NCBI GenBank assembly: GCA_963924565.1
Contig: OZ004608.1
Location: 17,546,001-17,610,000, forward strand
DNA length: 64,000 nucleotides
DNA from: Ascidiella aspersa
Lineage: Eukaryota
Reading direction: 5' to 3'
Part shown: in pieces, positions 38,125 through 52,094 of the stretch
Numbering within the stretch: the stretch's first letter is position 1
Layout of the letters: the number at the start of each line of letters is the position of its first letter
Position numbers and translations under genes: made by a program
Notes under the pieces: model-generated
Database searches by the model: none
The model's input: only the letters and a program-made list of their open reading frames with translations
Told to the model about the DNA's origin: nothing

Positions 38125-38595
38125 CTTTATTATGATTGTTGTACTTTTAGCGAGGTAAACTGACAAGCGAATAATGAAAAGTTATATGGGCAAAACAGCA
38201 GATGTAAACAATACCCAGCTGATTTACACGTTACGGTTGAAAAGTTTGGACGAATCATGTCGGACATAAAAGGGTGTGTGTGATGGACATATTGAATTAT
38301 AAAATCAGTGTTTATACATCGTGTAACAGTGTTAACTAAAATGATATATATTTTCAATATTTACCCTAGATTTTCTAAAGTTCTTAGCTGTATTCAAATT
38401 TCTTTAAGCAAAGAAAACTTTAAAATTTTTTATGTAAGTTACTAGAATTGCACTGCCTCTAGTGGCTCAACGGTCGTTTAGAAGTGCAAGCTTGTGACTA
38501 TAGTAACGCGAATTTGCTATCTATGTGCAAGGTATTTGCGTATTAAACAAACTTTTTATTTTGCATAAAGCGCATTGGGCCCAAAAGTCTGAAGC
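38125..38595. promoter_or_regulatory. Bidirectional promoter region OXCT1/DNAI3 with an X-box-like GTGACTATAGTAAC at 38494-38507
   Basis: Head-to-head ATGs are ~470 bp apart. The 14-mer is one mismatch from the RFX X-box consensus and lies ~90 bp upstream of an axonemal dynein gene. Confidence 0.6.
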
Positions 38596-41500
38596 ATGTC
38601 CGACAACAGGACTCCCACCCCATCAGGAAGCAGAAAGGGGAGTGGAAAGGGTGCAAAAAATCCCCCGAAAGAAGGTATGATATAAGAAACTTATTAAAAA
38701 TGCCTGAATAAAATACCTGACTTAATTAATTATTAACTGTCTAAATTCCACCTGAGAAAAATTTTATGATAAAAGTTTACGATAAAAGCATTTTCATATG
38801 CTGGTAAATATTGGTTGTGGCTTTTTCATCCCTGAAATTCTCTATAGCCTTCCGGTACCAGATGGGAAGGACTTTTCCGTTAGCAAACATTGCGTCTTGT
38901 GTGAACCAACTTATGGGCTAAACACATTTTTTCGTGTTCAGATAGTTAATTTTATACACTATCACAATGCCATGTTTTATTAGTAATTGATGCAAATGTC
39001 TATAATTTCATTAAACACCGATTGGGCCTATGTCTACTGTGGATACACCTACCCAAAGGGCGTTGTCCTAATTGGGAAATATTACTATATAGTGTTAAAA
39101 GATTTGGCCTGGTTAAGCCCATGTTAAAAATTTAGGCCTGCACAGGGTATTTAGTTGCTTTCTCAGTGCTAGCTGTAGCCGCATATTTTCCTAGAAAATC
39201 GGTGCAAATGCATTCAGCCACGAACAATCCCTAATAAAAGCAATTTAATGGTTTGTTGGTACTATTTGCGCAAATTTTAGCAAAAACTTGGTTACAGCCA
39301 TTTTGTTCTACTTAATCTAGATAAATAATAAAGAATAATTTCACTCCCCGAATTTTTTTTCCTAAATTTTTTTGTGTGACCACAGGCTAGAGCAGGGGTT
39401 CTTAACCTTTTTTGCCTTATATTTCTGTCCAGATCAAACTCCCATTTACCCAAAATCTAATTTTACCCATTTTGATATTTTACCAAGTACTAAAAATATA
39501 AAACAGCGTTAGTCAACAAATTATAGCTCGCTCGTCTCAACGCTAACTCTAAACGCACAGTTATAGCTACCGTATACTACTCCAAACAACTCCACTAAGA
39601 ATACCTTCAAAAATAAACAACAGCAAACTGATTCTGAAAAAATAGCTAGGCTAGCCGTAAGCAGATACAAGAAAAACCATACTATTACGTCACATAAAAA
39701 TAAAATGTGTAATACCGGCCACAAAAATGATCACTATGATGAAACAATTGTAAAAATAATAAAATATCCTTGTGCTTGTTTGGTTGTTTTAAAATTTAAA
39801 AGGACTTAAAACAACAAAAAAGTGTAAGTAATAAAGCAACTTATCACTTACAGCTGTGACATTGTTTGTTACAACCATAATTCTAGATATTCAGGTTAAG
39901 CTGATTACCCACCTGCTATCCTTAAATTACCCACATGTGGGTAATTACCCATAGGTTAAGAACCACTGGGCTAGAGCCTAGTGGACTTTCCCTGTTTACA
40001 CTTCAAAATGGTAATTTTTGTAAAATAATATAGTCAATGTTTTTGACACTTATCAAGAATAAATAGGTTTTTGCAAGGGGCATGGTCATGGTTAAGAAAC
40101 CTTGAGGTGGGAAACTTTTATATGTGCCTATGCCTCAAATCTTCCTGAAATCTAAAATACAAGTTTTGCTGAAAGAATTTTTTTTAAAGGATTGGATTTA
40201 ACTAAATTTATCCAATTGCTTTGCGAAAGAACAAGAGGTTTGTTCAGCATTCAGACACATTATTACATCTTCTTTTGGATTTTTATGGTCACCAAACAAT
40301 AATACTGTTTGGCAACATTTTGTATTAACAGATATAGCAACCATGGCATTGCTATTTCAGGGCAACCACAAAACCTTACAATAGTAAATATAATTAAACT
40401 GTTTGTTTTATATAATAGAATTAGTCCCTAAAAAGTCTTCCGTAACCAAAGTGCCTTCAAGTGTCAGCATGGAAGGTATGTTCTGTTGTTTTTATTGATT
40501 TCAAGACATCTTTTAAAAACTCTTTATGTTGTGTTAATAGGAATTCCCCCCAAGCATATTGTCCCACTTTTTATGGCAACCAAAACTCAAGAGATTTTTG
40601 AATGCATATGTGATGAGCATGTTACTGAGGAGGAACCATTCAAGTTGATTAAAAAAGAGGATATCATTACAGACATGAAAATGCGTGCAGCTATTTCTGA
40701 TTTTCATCCTGTTAAGCAAATTGTTTTGGTACTTATTTGTTGTTTTACACTATTTAATTATTTAGTTTTATAATTTAGTTATGTCTATATTTAAATTTGT
40801 TTGTATGTTTGCCTTTATAAAGCTAACTAAGTAGTTCTATATAACTATGGTACTAAACAATGCTTTTCAAAAGTTACAACTCTTTAAAACTTATAAGTTT
40901 ACCTCAATTAGTTTTGTAAGTTTTTATCATACTTGATATACCGAAGTTGTGATAAACTTTGTAAACAAGTTAAACTAAGTTTTCATATGGATCTCATTGC
41001 CGCTTGAGTGTGTATAAATACATTACTATAATTTACAGGATTACCCTGGAGAGACTTTGCTGGTAGCCTATGATCCAGACTTTAAATATGGGCAGAATTT
41101 TTTTCTTTGTATCACCGAAGAATCAAAAAATAAAATAATCAACCCTATGAGCGAAGAAGGCGAGGCAGCAGCAGGTTTACCTATAATACAAATTTGTAAA
41201 CATGAATATCATGGTCTGAAGTCATTGTATTTATTTTGTATAGTACAAGATTATGGTAAACAGATGGTTCAAATTTTGATAAACAGCTTTTTTTATTTTG
41301 TTTAAATCTCATTTAGAACTCAAATAAACTTTTCAAAAACTCCTCATTTAATAAAAGTAAGTTTCTGTTGCATTCTAACATCGCGTTTAATAAATATAGT
41401 AATTTTAAAATTAGTGTTACATGATTACTACAATTACACAACATAATATTGATTTTACAAAATTGAAATTCAAAATTATTTCTGTTGATTACCTTAGAAT

Positions 41501-44500
41501 GTTACCCTTTGTATACATCGTTTAAGCTATACTTAAACATGTCCAATGTATTTTTTATCATTTTATGTCATGTTCTAGATGGTGGTGCTGCTGCAGCTGC
41601 TGAAGAAGTGCCCCAGGAGGACAGAGTATATACATACCAACCACCAGAGGCAAAGGAGTGGGCAACACAGGGTAGCCAGGTTGAAGTTGAAGATGAAATG
41701 GTATTGGACACTAGGGAAAAGGTAACTTGAATGTTTACAAGTAAACTCAGAGCAATTTTTTACAGGGGATAAATCTGCATACTTACCTTTGGTCTCCGGC
41801 CTAAATTATGTTGTTGTGGCTAAAAAATAAACAAAAAACAAAAGCAATTTCATTAAGGATAAATGCATGGTTCACTTATTGATATAAGTTGATCCATAGC
41901 TTGTCACATAAAACTTACAGTAGTTTATGTCTAAAAAGGTTAAATCTAATATTATAAGTATAACTATACATTTTTTAACATTATTAAATATTTAATTTGA
42001 TTAGCTTAAGTTCTGTTGTCAGTTGTTCTGCTCAGATAAAACTTTGTAATATCTATCTTTCTTACAACATATCAGGAAAACTTTAAGTATAGTTTTACAT
42101 GCACTAAATCCAAATGACATTATAGATTCGCAAAATTATAATAAATGGTGCTTATCAAATCTAAGTGAAGTCCAGTAGCGGTATGAAGTCAGAGTAATAG
42201 TCCAGCGAAGTAAAGTAAAACAAACGTTTTCTAAGTAAGTAAAACAGTTGTTACGTGTTCATAAAATAAAGCTGTAACGCAGTACGTTCGATGTATAACC
42301 CGTTTTGCGACTGTGAAAAACCTGGCCTTACAAACATTTCCATGAGAAAAACGTGAAGTAATGTTTTAGCAAGATTGCAGCCCTAACTCATGTTGCGATA
42401 TGCAACACCCTCCAACAAAATTGAAGTACCACTGTAAAAAGCCTACTGGAGGGTCTGTCGTTTAATTACAAAAATTATTTAGATAAAAGTCAGAGCATCT
42501 CGGGTGCGAAGGGAGTTTGGTTCTGCTTACAAGTTCATCGACCGTGATGCCGACCCAGCATCAACAGACCAGGGTTTGTCAGCTTCCTACTTGTCATGCA
42601 ACTCTTACTCAGACAAAAACTTCACCATTAGAAAGGTGGAATTAGACACTGCAGTGCAAGCAGTGCCAGAGCTGTTGGATGGGTCTTCTCAAACTGACTG
42701 GTGAGTTAATACTTACCTTGTGACATGAAAATGTACTGAATTGTATGTAGTTTTGTAATGGCAACACTGAAACTGTGTCAGACATTATAGGAAAATTTAT
42801 TTTTGCTTGTTTTAATTGTTATCATTTTAGAAAGCTATCGAATAAGTGTATTGCTAATATGTTTTCAGTTCTATACACATTAGTGAATAAATATAATAAA
42901 TACTGTTTTCAAGCACAGAAAATAAGTATACAGATATGCAACATAATTTTATATGGACTTTAATAGCTGTAGTAATTTAGCCAATCATCTGATCGTTTTA
43001 ACATTACTTTCTGCCTTTAATTTGTTACAGCCTAAAACTTTTTTAAAGACTGGTTAACTGTTGTGTTCCTAAATAAAGTATATGGTATGATATTTTCAGG
43101 AAGCATCCTGTTAATGCCTCTAACCAATATGAGGCAAGAGCCCTGACTGAGGAAGAAGCAAAACAAGCCCTGGATGCTGCTGAGTTTGAAGAGTTTGTTA
43201 AAGATGCACTACCCAGGTGCCATCATAATTTTGTAGCGTTTACAACGAGGCGCTATTTTGCTAGTTAAATTTTTTTTCTTGGCATAAATAAGGGTTGTTA
43301 ACAGGGATGTCTGATACCTGATATGTATCGCCATCTGATACCAAATGATGTCATTACAATGATAGCAAATTAGATAAAATTGAAACTTTCAAAGGTTGTT
43401 TTTTTGAGGTTGTTAGGCCATAATTTGCTTTAGAGCTTGAAGGTCTATTGACGTCCAGTTGTTAAACTACTTTTTTTATACATTACCCGATATTATAGAA
43501 CATTCGTATTTATAAATGACAAATTATTGTTGGAAATACTTGTAACTGTACAAAATTCTTACTGAAAAAAAATGTGAAATACGCTCCAATAAAATTGTAT
43601 CAATTTATAGATTTGATCTTGCTCTTCAGCAAAACACCATTATGGACGTTTTTTTCAACGACTGGGAAGTTCTAGGAGACGAAGATACTACGTTTGGAAG
43701 CAAGTCGGACAGTCACTTAAAAGTAGGTAGTTATTATTCAGTTTATTCAGCATTGTTATAAGTTGATAGTTATAGCGAAACGACATTGTAGTATCTCTTC
43801 GGACAAGAATTTATCTTTTTTTTCTGTCTAACTTAAGACTTTTACCTTGACACAAACTTTCTGTATTTTTTCTTGACCATGTACCGCACTGTGACCCCGA
43901 AATATTGTTTCATACTTCGTAAAATTAAATAGATTAAAAGTGTAGGGATGAACTAAAACTCATAAAACGCTACTAAGCTTTTGGGGTGATCCAGGGAGGG
44001 AAAGAGATTCAGCCTTCCACAAACTGGATTTGCTGCCTGATTAACTATTCCCAGTACATGCAAACATTTTTGCGTTTGCGCTAATTTAAGTTATGTTGTA
44101 TGTCTTAGCCCCTTAAGAAAAAAAGAAGGCGTTTTAGCTTAAAGGCGCCGCGCGTCTTACCCTGTAAATTAAAATTTTTGAAAAGTTAAACGCAATAAAG
44201 AAGGCGTTTTCCGTATTTGTGATACAAAAAATAACATTTTAAACTGATTTACGAATAAACCTGATCAAATTCACTCTAAATAGTTAAAAACTGGCTAAAC
44301 ATCAGCAAGGTCGTTTATCTTATTAAAGTAACCTATTTACTGTTCAGGGAGGATCTAGGGGAGGCTGCACTAGGTCATACGCCTAAAACTCTCAACTTTT
44401 TCTAAGTAAATACATATGCGTGACCTTCTCGGAGAAAAGGCTTTTCCCCCCTCATATATTTTTATCCGCTTTTAGAAAATCTATTTTCGGCTGCATAACA

Positions 44501-47500
44501 AATTTTTTTAAAGATTGATTGTTTTATGACATGGGTGAGGGGCTATGATTATGTGAAAACTTCTGTAATGGGGCGACAATGCATATAAGTTCCATTGTAC
44601 TATACGATAAGTTAGATATAGTATCAGTACTCTCGCTCCCCGTGTTGGTTGGCGCCTCCCCAAAAGAACACTGGTTTATCAACATCGACCCTAGATAACT
44701 CAAATAGTGCAGTTTTATAATTAACTAACTTTTTGCCTTTAGGAATACCAATCATTCACCGACCTGCAGTACAGTAAGGACAAAACTGTGACGTGCGTGG
44801 ATTGGCATCCAATGGTAAGGCGAATATTTTTTTACACCCGTATTTTTTGGATTTCAATACATATGTTTAGATCAAGGGAGTGATGGCGGTGTCGTGTTGC
44901 GAGCGGCTTACTTTTGACGAGCGAATCGACGGCGCAAATCGCCTCCTTATGAACCCTTCTCTTGTGCTGATTTGGAGCTTCGCTGATCCCATCCATCCCC
45001 AGGTAGGTGTCGTTTAGTTAATATCCGTATTTCGCAACCTTCCTACCCTTTGGAAAAACAAATTGCTGAAAGACATTAAAAAACAAAATAATTGTAAAGA
45101 GGAATAGACATTTGTCTTTCGACAGGGCTTAACGTCTTTGACCTTTTTTCATATCCGATTTTTTTTGTTTTACCGTGTCTCTGAAAAGACCAAAGGCCCC
45201 CTCAAAATTACGTTTCCCTGGGTTGCATTTTATAATTAAACTTTCCTTGATTTTTTCAACACCCGAATTAAATTCACAAATTTTGATCAGTTGCTATTGG
45301 AAGGACCGGACGACATCAGCTGTTTCAAGTTCTGTCCCACCAACCCCAACATCGTGGCGGGAGGCTGCATCAACGGCCAGCTCGTGCTGTGGGACATCAC
45401 CGAGTTCGCTGACAAACTCACCAGCAGCCGAGTGAGCAACCCCAAGTCGCATCACAAGAAAGCGGTATGTTAATTAACGCGCGTTGTGATTGCCAAGTAC
45501 CAAATTAAAACTAATACACCAAATAAAACTAATGATTGAAAGTTGCGACAAAGCGACCTTGTAGAATTTGTAATTTTATAAAAGTGGCTATCGATATCAA
45601 ATCGTTGGATGACGGATTATTTTTTTTAATTATGCATTGTTTATGATAAACATTCAAGCGGTATAATTCATAGAAGTTAGTAAACTATTTTTTATTGATG
45701 AATCGTTTTTCATTTGTTTAAAATAGTTTGAGTGTCGCACTAACATATTTGCAGGTTATTCTGCTCGAAATCCCTTCTTTGACATTTATCGACAATGAGA
45801 ATCATTAGTGTTTAACGAAACGCTCTATTTATGTGTTAAATAAGACTTAACTCGCTGCAGGTATGCTATATTTATAAATAACATATAAAGTGATGAAAAG
45901 TTACAATCCATGGGCTGTTTTTTGTATCAACTTTAGGTTGCCTTGTGTCGTATCTTCTTGTAATGCTTTAATACAGGGGTCGGCAACCTTGGCCCGTGAC
46001 CCGATAATGTAATACTTGGCCCGACACTTATTCTACAAACTAGGCACGAGGCCATCCCTCATATTTTTAGCTATTTCAACCACTTAAATGCGAAAATGTT
46101 TCGCACTTTACACAAAATCTCTTTTAATATCTAAAGGCACCGTGCTCACCCTGTTACTATCAAAATTAGAAGTTGTTAACTGAATATATCTGATTGCTTT
46201 TTAATGAGCTCCGCGCGATTTTATTGAGTCTTTTAAATATGAGCAATGAGCATAACATTTCACGCGCCTATTTAAATTACACCAAAAACTTGTTTTATTT
46301 CACCTTTCATCTTGATCATGGATGACGTGGCCGTGTCGTCTTAAATGTTAAACCTTCTAAACGCGCTTCGCGCGATAGTTTCACTTACTGTCTCCTTAAA
46401 TTTCATTGGACTGATTTTGATTGGAAAAAATCATACGTCCGCCCGATTTATAGCTTTTCTAATAAAATCTTAAAAAGTACACGTTTTGAGCGCGACGTAA
46501 AAAAGGTTGCCGACCCCTGCTTAAAACATAACACGACTTGGTTTATATTTTTGCACAGGCCATGTTTGGTGAAGAAACGCCGCCTGAAACACCCACAGTG
46601 CGCTACTGCTGCGTATCCGCCATCGAACACAGCCATCGAAATATCATCACATCTGTCGACTGGGTTCCTGACCATTACGAGGTAAAGGTCCACAGTGGAG
46701 ATTAAACTTTGTCATTTTTGTTGGTCGATACCGTTTATAGTTTTTTACGGGGATTGTGCACAACCATGCTTTTGACTGTCTTCGGAAAAATATCATCCTA
46801 TATTTCAATAGATCCATATGTCAAGTCCACATTTTAGTTACAAAATGATTAAATTACCCCCAGCTTCAGGAGAAACCTACCTATCTTTTTTGTATTAATA
46901 ATAAATTTCGATAATAATAGTGTTGGTTTTGGGAATTTAGTTAACAGGTAAAGTCATGCGACGTAATGTTGTGATAACTGATTTTCCACTTTACCTTTTG
47001 CCTATGCAACGCACAATAAAGTTTTTCAAATAATTTAAACCACTGATGCTACCTAAAGCTTGTATTGCTCTTTTATTTTTGATTTTTTTCTTAGAAAAAG
47101 GGTTCTTTGGTTTTTACTAAAATATTCGTGCAACAGATGGACTTTGTGTTTTTTTTGTCAGTTCAACCGGTTCGGTATCCCGGTAGAGAACCGGATGTGC
47201 GAGTCGTGTCAAATTATTACTTGTGGAACTGATGGACACGTCATGGTCTGGGACACGAGGCCGGCAAAAGTCTCTACAAGGGATCAGGTATGCCATATAG
47301 TACTGCCTTCACGAATACTTATGACTTATAACCCGTTTAAATGTTGGACTGTCCTAAAAATAAAAGATTGGGTAAACGGCGCGAGTATTTTCGCTATATT
47401 TAGCTTTAGTTGCTTCTGTACAAACAGCTTTCCTGTAACTCAGCCTTTCTTAAACTGGGGTAAATTTGCTCGTTTTAGGGGGTAAATAAGCTAGCAACAT

Positions 47501-50500
47501 CCTTATCTTGTTATTTAGTTGTTACGTGATTTGCTGTTTAAATTCATCAGATTTTTCGGCAGTCACGGCCTAGATTTAGGTAGTGTGTCTGTGAGCAAAA
47601 ACGTGTCGGCGAGCAATTTAAATTTTTGTGCAATTTAGGCCTAGAAAGGAAGTGCTTTAATAGGAGCAATAACTGTACTTTTTAACACAGGGTATGGCTT
47701 AACTGGTCCAGTAATTATCTATTATACAGACACTGACCAACTCGTTCCTAAAAAGCAAGGGTCGCAAAATAACTGATGTAATTCATTACTTATGTTTTTT
47801 TAAACAATTTTATATATTCGAGGTAAATCTGATATTAATCTTTGTTAAAGAGGTAAAACATACGAAAAAGGTTAAGAACCCCTGCTTTAACTGAAGGAAA
47901 AACCTTCGCCCGAAGTTCTTGGCGTTTCGCAAACCTTTAAGCACCTGGACCTTTCGTGGAAGCCCATCATTAAACTCGCAATGCCGAAGACTGACAGCAG
48001 CGGAGACTACAGCCCTATTAAATTCAGTATTGCCGAACGACAAGGGGTTCGAGATCATGGTACGACTTTTGTTACGTCATCTTCTTATATTTGTAGTTCA
48101 AATTTCAAGACAACATGTCAGTACTGTGTATGAGTATAACTATCATAGTTTGTAAGTATTACTTTATATCAGTTTTATCAAAAAGTTGCAACGAGTTATT
48201 TACGAAAAACGTTTACTTGTAGCTAATTGAATAATTTTGCTAACTAGCTACTTTTTGTAATTTGGCAAGTTGTCATATAAACCTAAAGACAACAAAAAAT
48301 TTTTCGAGCCAAAGAACGATGCACTTTAACTATTAACTGTAAAACATGGGACTATTGAAATGAAAACAATAAATATATCAATTGATTGTCAAATCGTGTA
48401 CCAGCGATTTTAACAAATTCAGACGACGTCAAGCTTCTAAATTTTTTCATTGTTATACAACTTTCACAAGTTGTCAAATGTGATAATTCATTTGGACAAA
48501 CAGCAAGGGAAATTTAGTTTTCTGTTTATTAAAAAAATAATTTAATCTGCATTTTAAGATGGACTTCTGTAGCCACGAAATGCTGCGTATTGACTCAAAT
48601 ATGTTTTTTGGCTAGTTCCCCTTCCAGCCGGGGGCAAGCCCGAGGGCGGTGGAGGCATGACGAAGATTCCGTCGGCAAAGAATCAGAAGGCGTTGGACTG
48701 CATTAGCACGCGGTACTTTATCGGCACAGAGGACGGCGAGGTCGTATGCGCCGACATGAAGATGGAAAAAGATAACGAAACTGGAAAGCCCAACGGTCAG
48801 TCAGCGTTGCCTCATTTTTGGAACTATTTTGTGTCACAGTTTTTTTAGGCCTGAGCCGGAAGGATACGATAGCCAGCTGCTTTGTAAATAGATTCATGAA
48901 CGGGGTTGAAAGAACTCACCTGCACGTTGTTAAAATGGTTAAGCATTGTAATTTTAGAATAACGAATTAAACGGTATTTTTAATTTCTCACCTGATCATG
49001 TCTATATCATCGCCTTAAATCGGGGATGGAATCTTCCTATATCTAACAGATATTGTGCAGTGATGTGGTGGTGTGATTTACACCAATCTAAAGCTCGTGT
49101 TAATATATTAGGGATCGTTTTAATTTATTGCATAACAGCTTTAACATAGAAGTAACTGATAAAAAGTTGCCGCTTTTGTATTTGGTAGAAAAAAAATAAG
49201 ATTCCTGGAAAATAACAGGGCGCTTACTATTCTGCCGGAATAGAATAATTTCATTCTGCTAGAAGAAAAAGAATCAACCATTACTTTCCCTTTTGTTTTA
49301 CGATAAATTATATATTATTCATTGTTTCGTTTGTTTTGTTGTTGATGAAGTCCCGAAACCAACGTGGGCGGTAACCCCGCACGACGGTCCGGTCAATACG
49401 TTACAACGAAATCCCTTCTTCAATGACGTCATACTCAGCGTGGGCGGATGGACTTTTGGAATCTGGCGAGATAACGTCCTGGTACAGTTACTGCAAACTT
49501 CCTAGATTACAAGACTACCTCTGTACACTTTTCTAGAGTTTATAGTACTTTCAGTAATGCAGTGACTGAATAAAGTAATTAACGTCATCACGATTTATGG
49601 TCGACATTGCACGTTGACAATTTGGAAAGTGATTTAAAATACGCTAAATGAATACATATATTATTTAACGGTCCTTTTTTCGTTTACAAAGCAAGATAAA
49701 GTACCGTAAAGTGATGTTTTTAAATGGTGTATCGCCTTTCGATGTACACTTGTGCTCCTTAAGGTTAGATGCTTATCAATACAAGTAAAAACTCAAACAT
49801 TCTTATCTGTCGTAATTAAATTCAGCCATCTTATAACAAAATATGTTTTGCCAAATAGGAATCGTCAGTCTTTTATTCAATTAGAGTATACAAAAAAAAA
49901 TGCATAAACAAGCTGTTGTGTGTTAGCGCCTGGCAAATATTCTCCAAACTAAGTGTATGAATCCGACTTTCAATTACTGGTTTTTAGAGTGGAGCGATTC
50001 TTCAATCAGCTTGTGCCTCCAAACTCTACACAGCCGGTCACTGGAGCACGACGAGACCTGCCGTATTTTTTCTCGGCACCAAAGATGGAAATGTTGAGGT
50101 ATATGAAAAAATAAATTGGTTTGCTTTTAAGTTTTGTTTCTCTAGGACTCAATGAATGAAACGCTTAGCTAAAATGAATACACATTATGTAGTATATAGG
50201 ATGTCTGTATTACAAATTAATCTTTACGGTTTTTATAACCGTGTGTTGTATCGGCCACCAGGCTTCCCGGGGGTTTATTATAACAGAATTACTAATAGCT
50301 AAAACATTTAAACAGACAAATTTGTTGTTAAAACGTATAGTTTTTAAGCATTTTATTATAATTTTTATATTACCAACTGTAACAACTGTTAATCAGGGGC
50401 GTAGCTAGGATTTTTTAGATATATAAATGAGATTTGCGAGAAGCGCGAAGAATGTTTGTATTTTTGTATTTCAAATATCTTAAAAACTATGAGGAACGAT

Positions 50501-51558
50501 TTACCCGCAGCCTTGAGGTTGCTCACCACTGGAATAAATCTACATTGTTGATTTCGTTAAATGGTCTGGTTAATTAAAATTAGTAGTTAGCCTACAGTAT
50601 ACATTTAATAGAAAAATCAGGATAGTTATAAGCATTATAATATATCGTCGAAGCCTAAACTTACAAGCGTAATTTACTAATGGCACAAACTTAACAACGA
50701 TTAAAATGCTATATTTGTTAAAATTTTCTCTATGCATAGCCTTAAGTGTAAAAATCTTGCTTTTCCAACAAAAACTGTGAAGTTTACGTTTCAAGGTTTG
50801 GGATTTGCTGGATCGCACCCACGAGCCCCTTTTGGTGCAGAACGTCACCGCCGCTCAGGTGACGCAAATCGTTCCTTGGGTCGTTTCTAAAAAACAGCAG
50901 CTGATTGCGGTTTCCGATAACGTGGGCACCCTACACATTCTCGAGATACCGTGGAATCTTCGGCATCCGGCCGCAGGCGAGGTTTGTGCTTGCACTTCTG
51001 TCGAATTTCACGGAAAAATAAAATCGGTTTTCAATTCGATGTGCGACGGAAACAGTATTTAATTTAAACCTGGTGCAGTCTTAATTTTTTTTTTTTTAGA
51101 AAGGTTTTTTTCCGGTTAACTATTGAAAGTGTCGATCTATTGTATAGCTCGGGCTTTTGAAAATCCATTAAACGTAATATCAGGCGTGTTAACTATAGAA
51201 ACAAGGCGTCCAAAGCTATGTCGAACGCGAGACGAAGCGTCTGGAATATTTTGAACGACGAGCGGTGATGAGAGGAAATCAGAAAAGTGATGGCATGAAA
51301 AAAGCGGTTTGTACTGTTTCTTGTAGATTGTAGGTTATTTACAGTTTCATGTGTAAACTAAAGAAGATTGCCGTAGTACCTGTTTACTCTTCAGTTGCTA
51401 ATTACTATCCTACAACGTTTAATCAGGCCAAGGCTGAGGAAAAATCAGAAGAACAATTGGATGAAGAATACAAGGCAGAATTTCAAAGCTATCTTGTGCT
51501 GGAGAAAAAATTGCTTCAACAACTTGGAATTCTGGAAGAGGACAAACCGGAGCTGTAA
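38596..51558 (+). CDS. DNAI3: Dynein axonemal intermediate chain 3 (WDR63, IC140-like), about 20 exons
   Basis: KTQEIFEC..DEHVTEEEPFKLIKKEDI..RAAISDFHPVK, YDPDFKYGQNF, EYQSFTDL, IWSFADPIHPQLLLEGPDDI..FCPTNPNIVAGGCINGQLVLWDI, FKHLDLSWKP, GTEDGE, RNPFF, WSTTRPAVFF, GTLHILEIP; all match WDR63. Confidence 0.95.
39393..39968. mobile_element. hAT-Charlie-like MITE in DNAI3 intron 1
   Basis: TIR CAGGGGTTCTTAACC / GGTTAAGAACCACTG; perfect TSD GGCTAGAG. Confidence 0.9.
45974..46519. mobile_element. hAT-Charlie-like MITE in a DNAI3 intron
   Basis: Perfect TIR CAGGGGTCGGCAACCT / AGGTTGCCGACCCCTG; TSD degenerate (ctttaata/cttaaaac). Confidence 0.8.
47441..47884. mobile_element. hAT-Charlie-like MITE abutting a DNAI3 splice acceptor
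   Basis: Ends cagcctttcttaaac / gttaagaacccctg; TSD ctgtaact / ctttaact (1 mismatch). Confidence 0.75.
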
Positions 51559-52094
51559 AACATGCTCCCTTCGATTTTTTTTATTAAAAGTTGTTCCATG
51601 AAAATGTACGTTTTTTATGAAAATATTTTTATTACATGCGCTTCTATATTTACAAAAAAAAAGAAAAGTCAGGTGATCTGATTTCTGTTTATTGCTGCGC
51701 ATAAATTGCAGAGATGTGATTCTAGAATCTATACTGACAGCCAATGCAGACTGTGATACTAAACTACGTAGTATATTGTGCTCATATAGAAACTAGGGTA
51801 CGCTCTATGAGAACCGGAAACTTTTATGCGCTTGCGATTACACAACAAGGTCGATTTATTGCATAACGTAACAATAGAAAATTGATTGCCGTAAGCTCGT
51901 AAAGAAGCTTGAACAAAACAATACGAACTAATTTACAAGTTTTCTAAGGTCTATCTAGGCCTACAAGTGTTCTTAAAATAAAATTTCATAGCAGCGTTTT
52001 TATGTAGGCCTATGTTTTATATAATTTAGTTTCTCTGAATTGTTGAAGTAGGAAAAATGTTGTAAAAGAGAATTCAATTGTGTAATATTATTAC

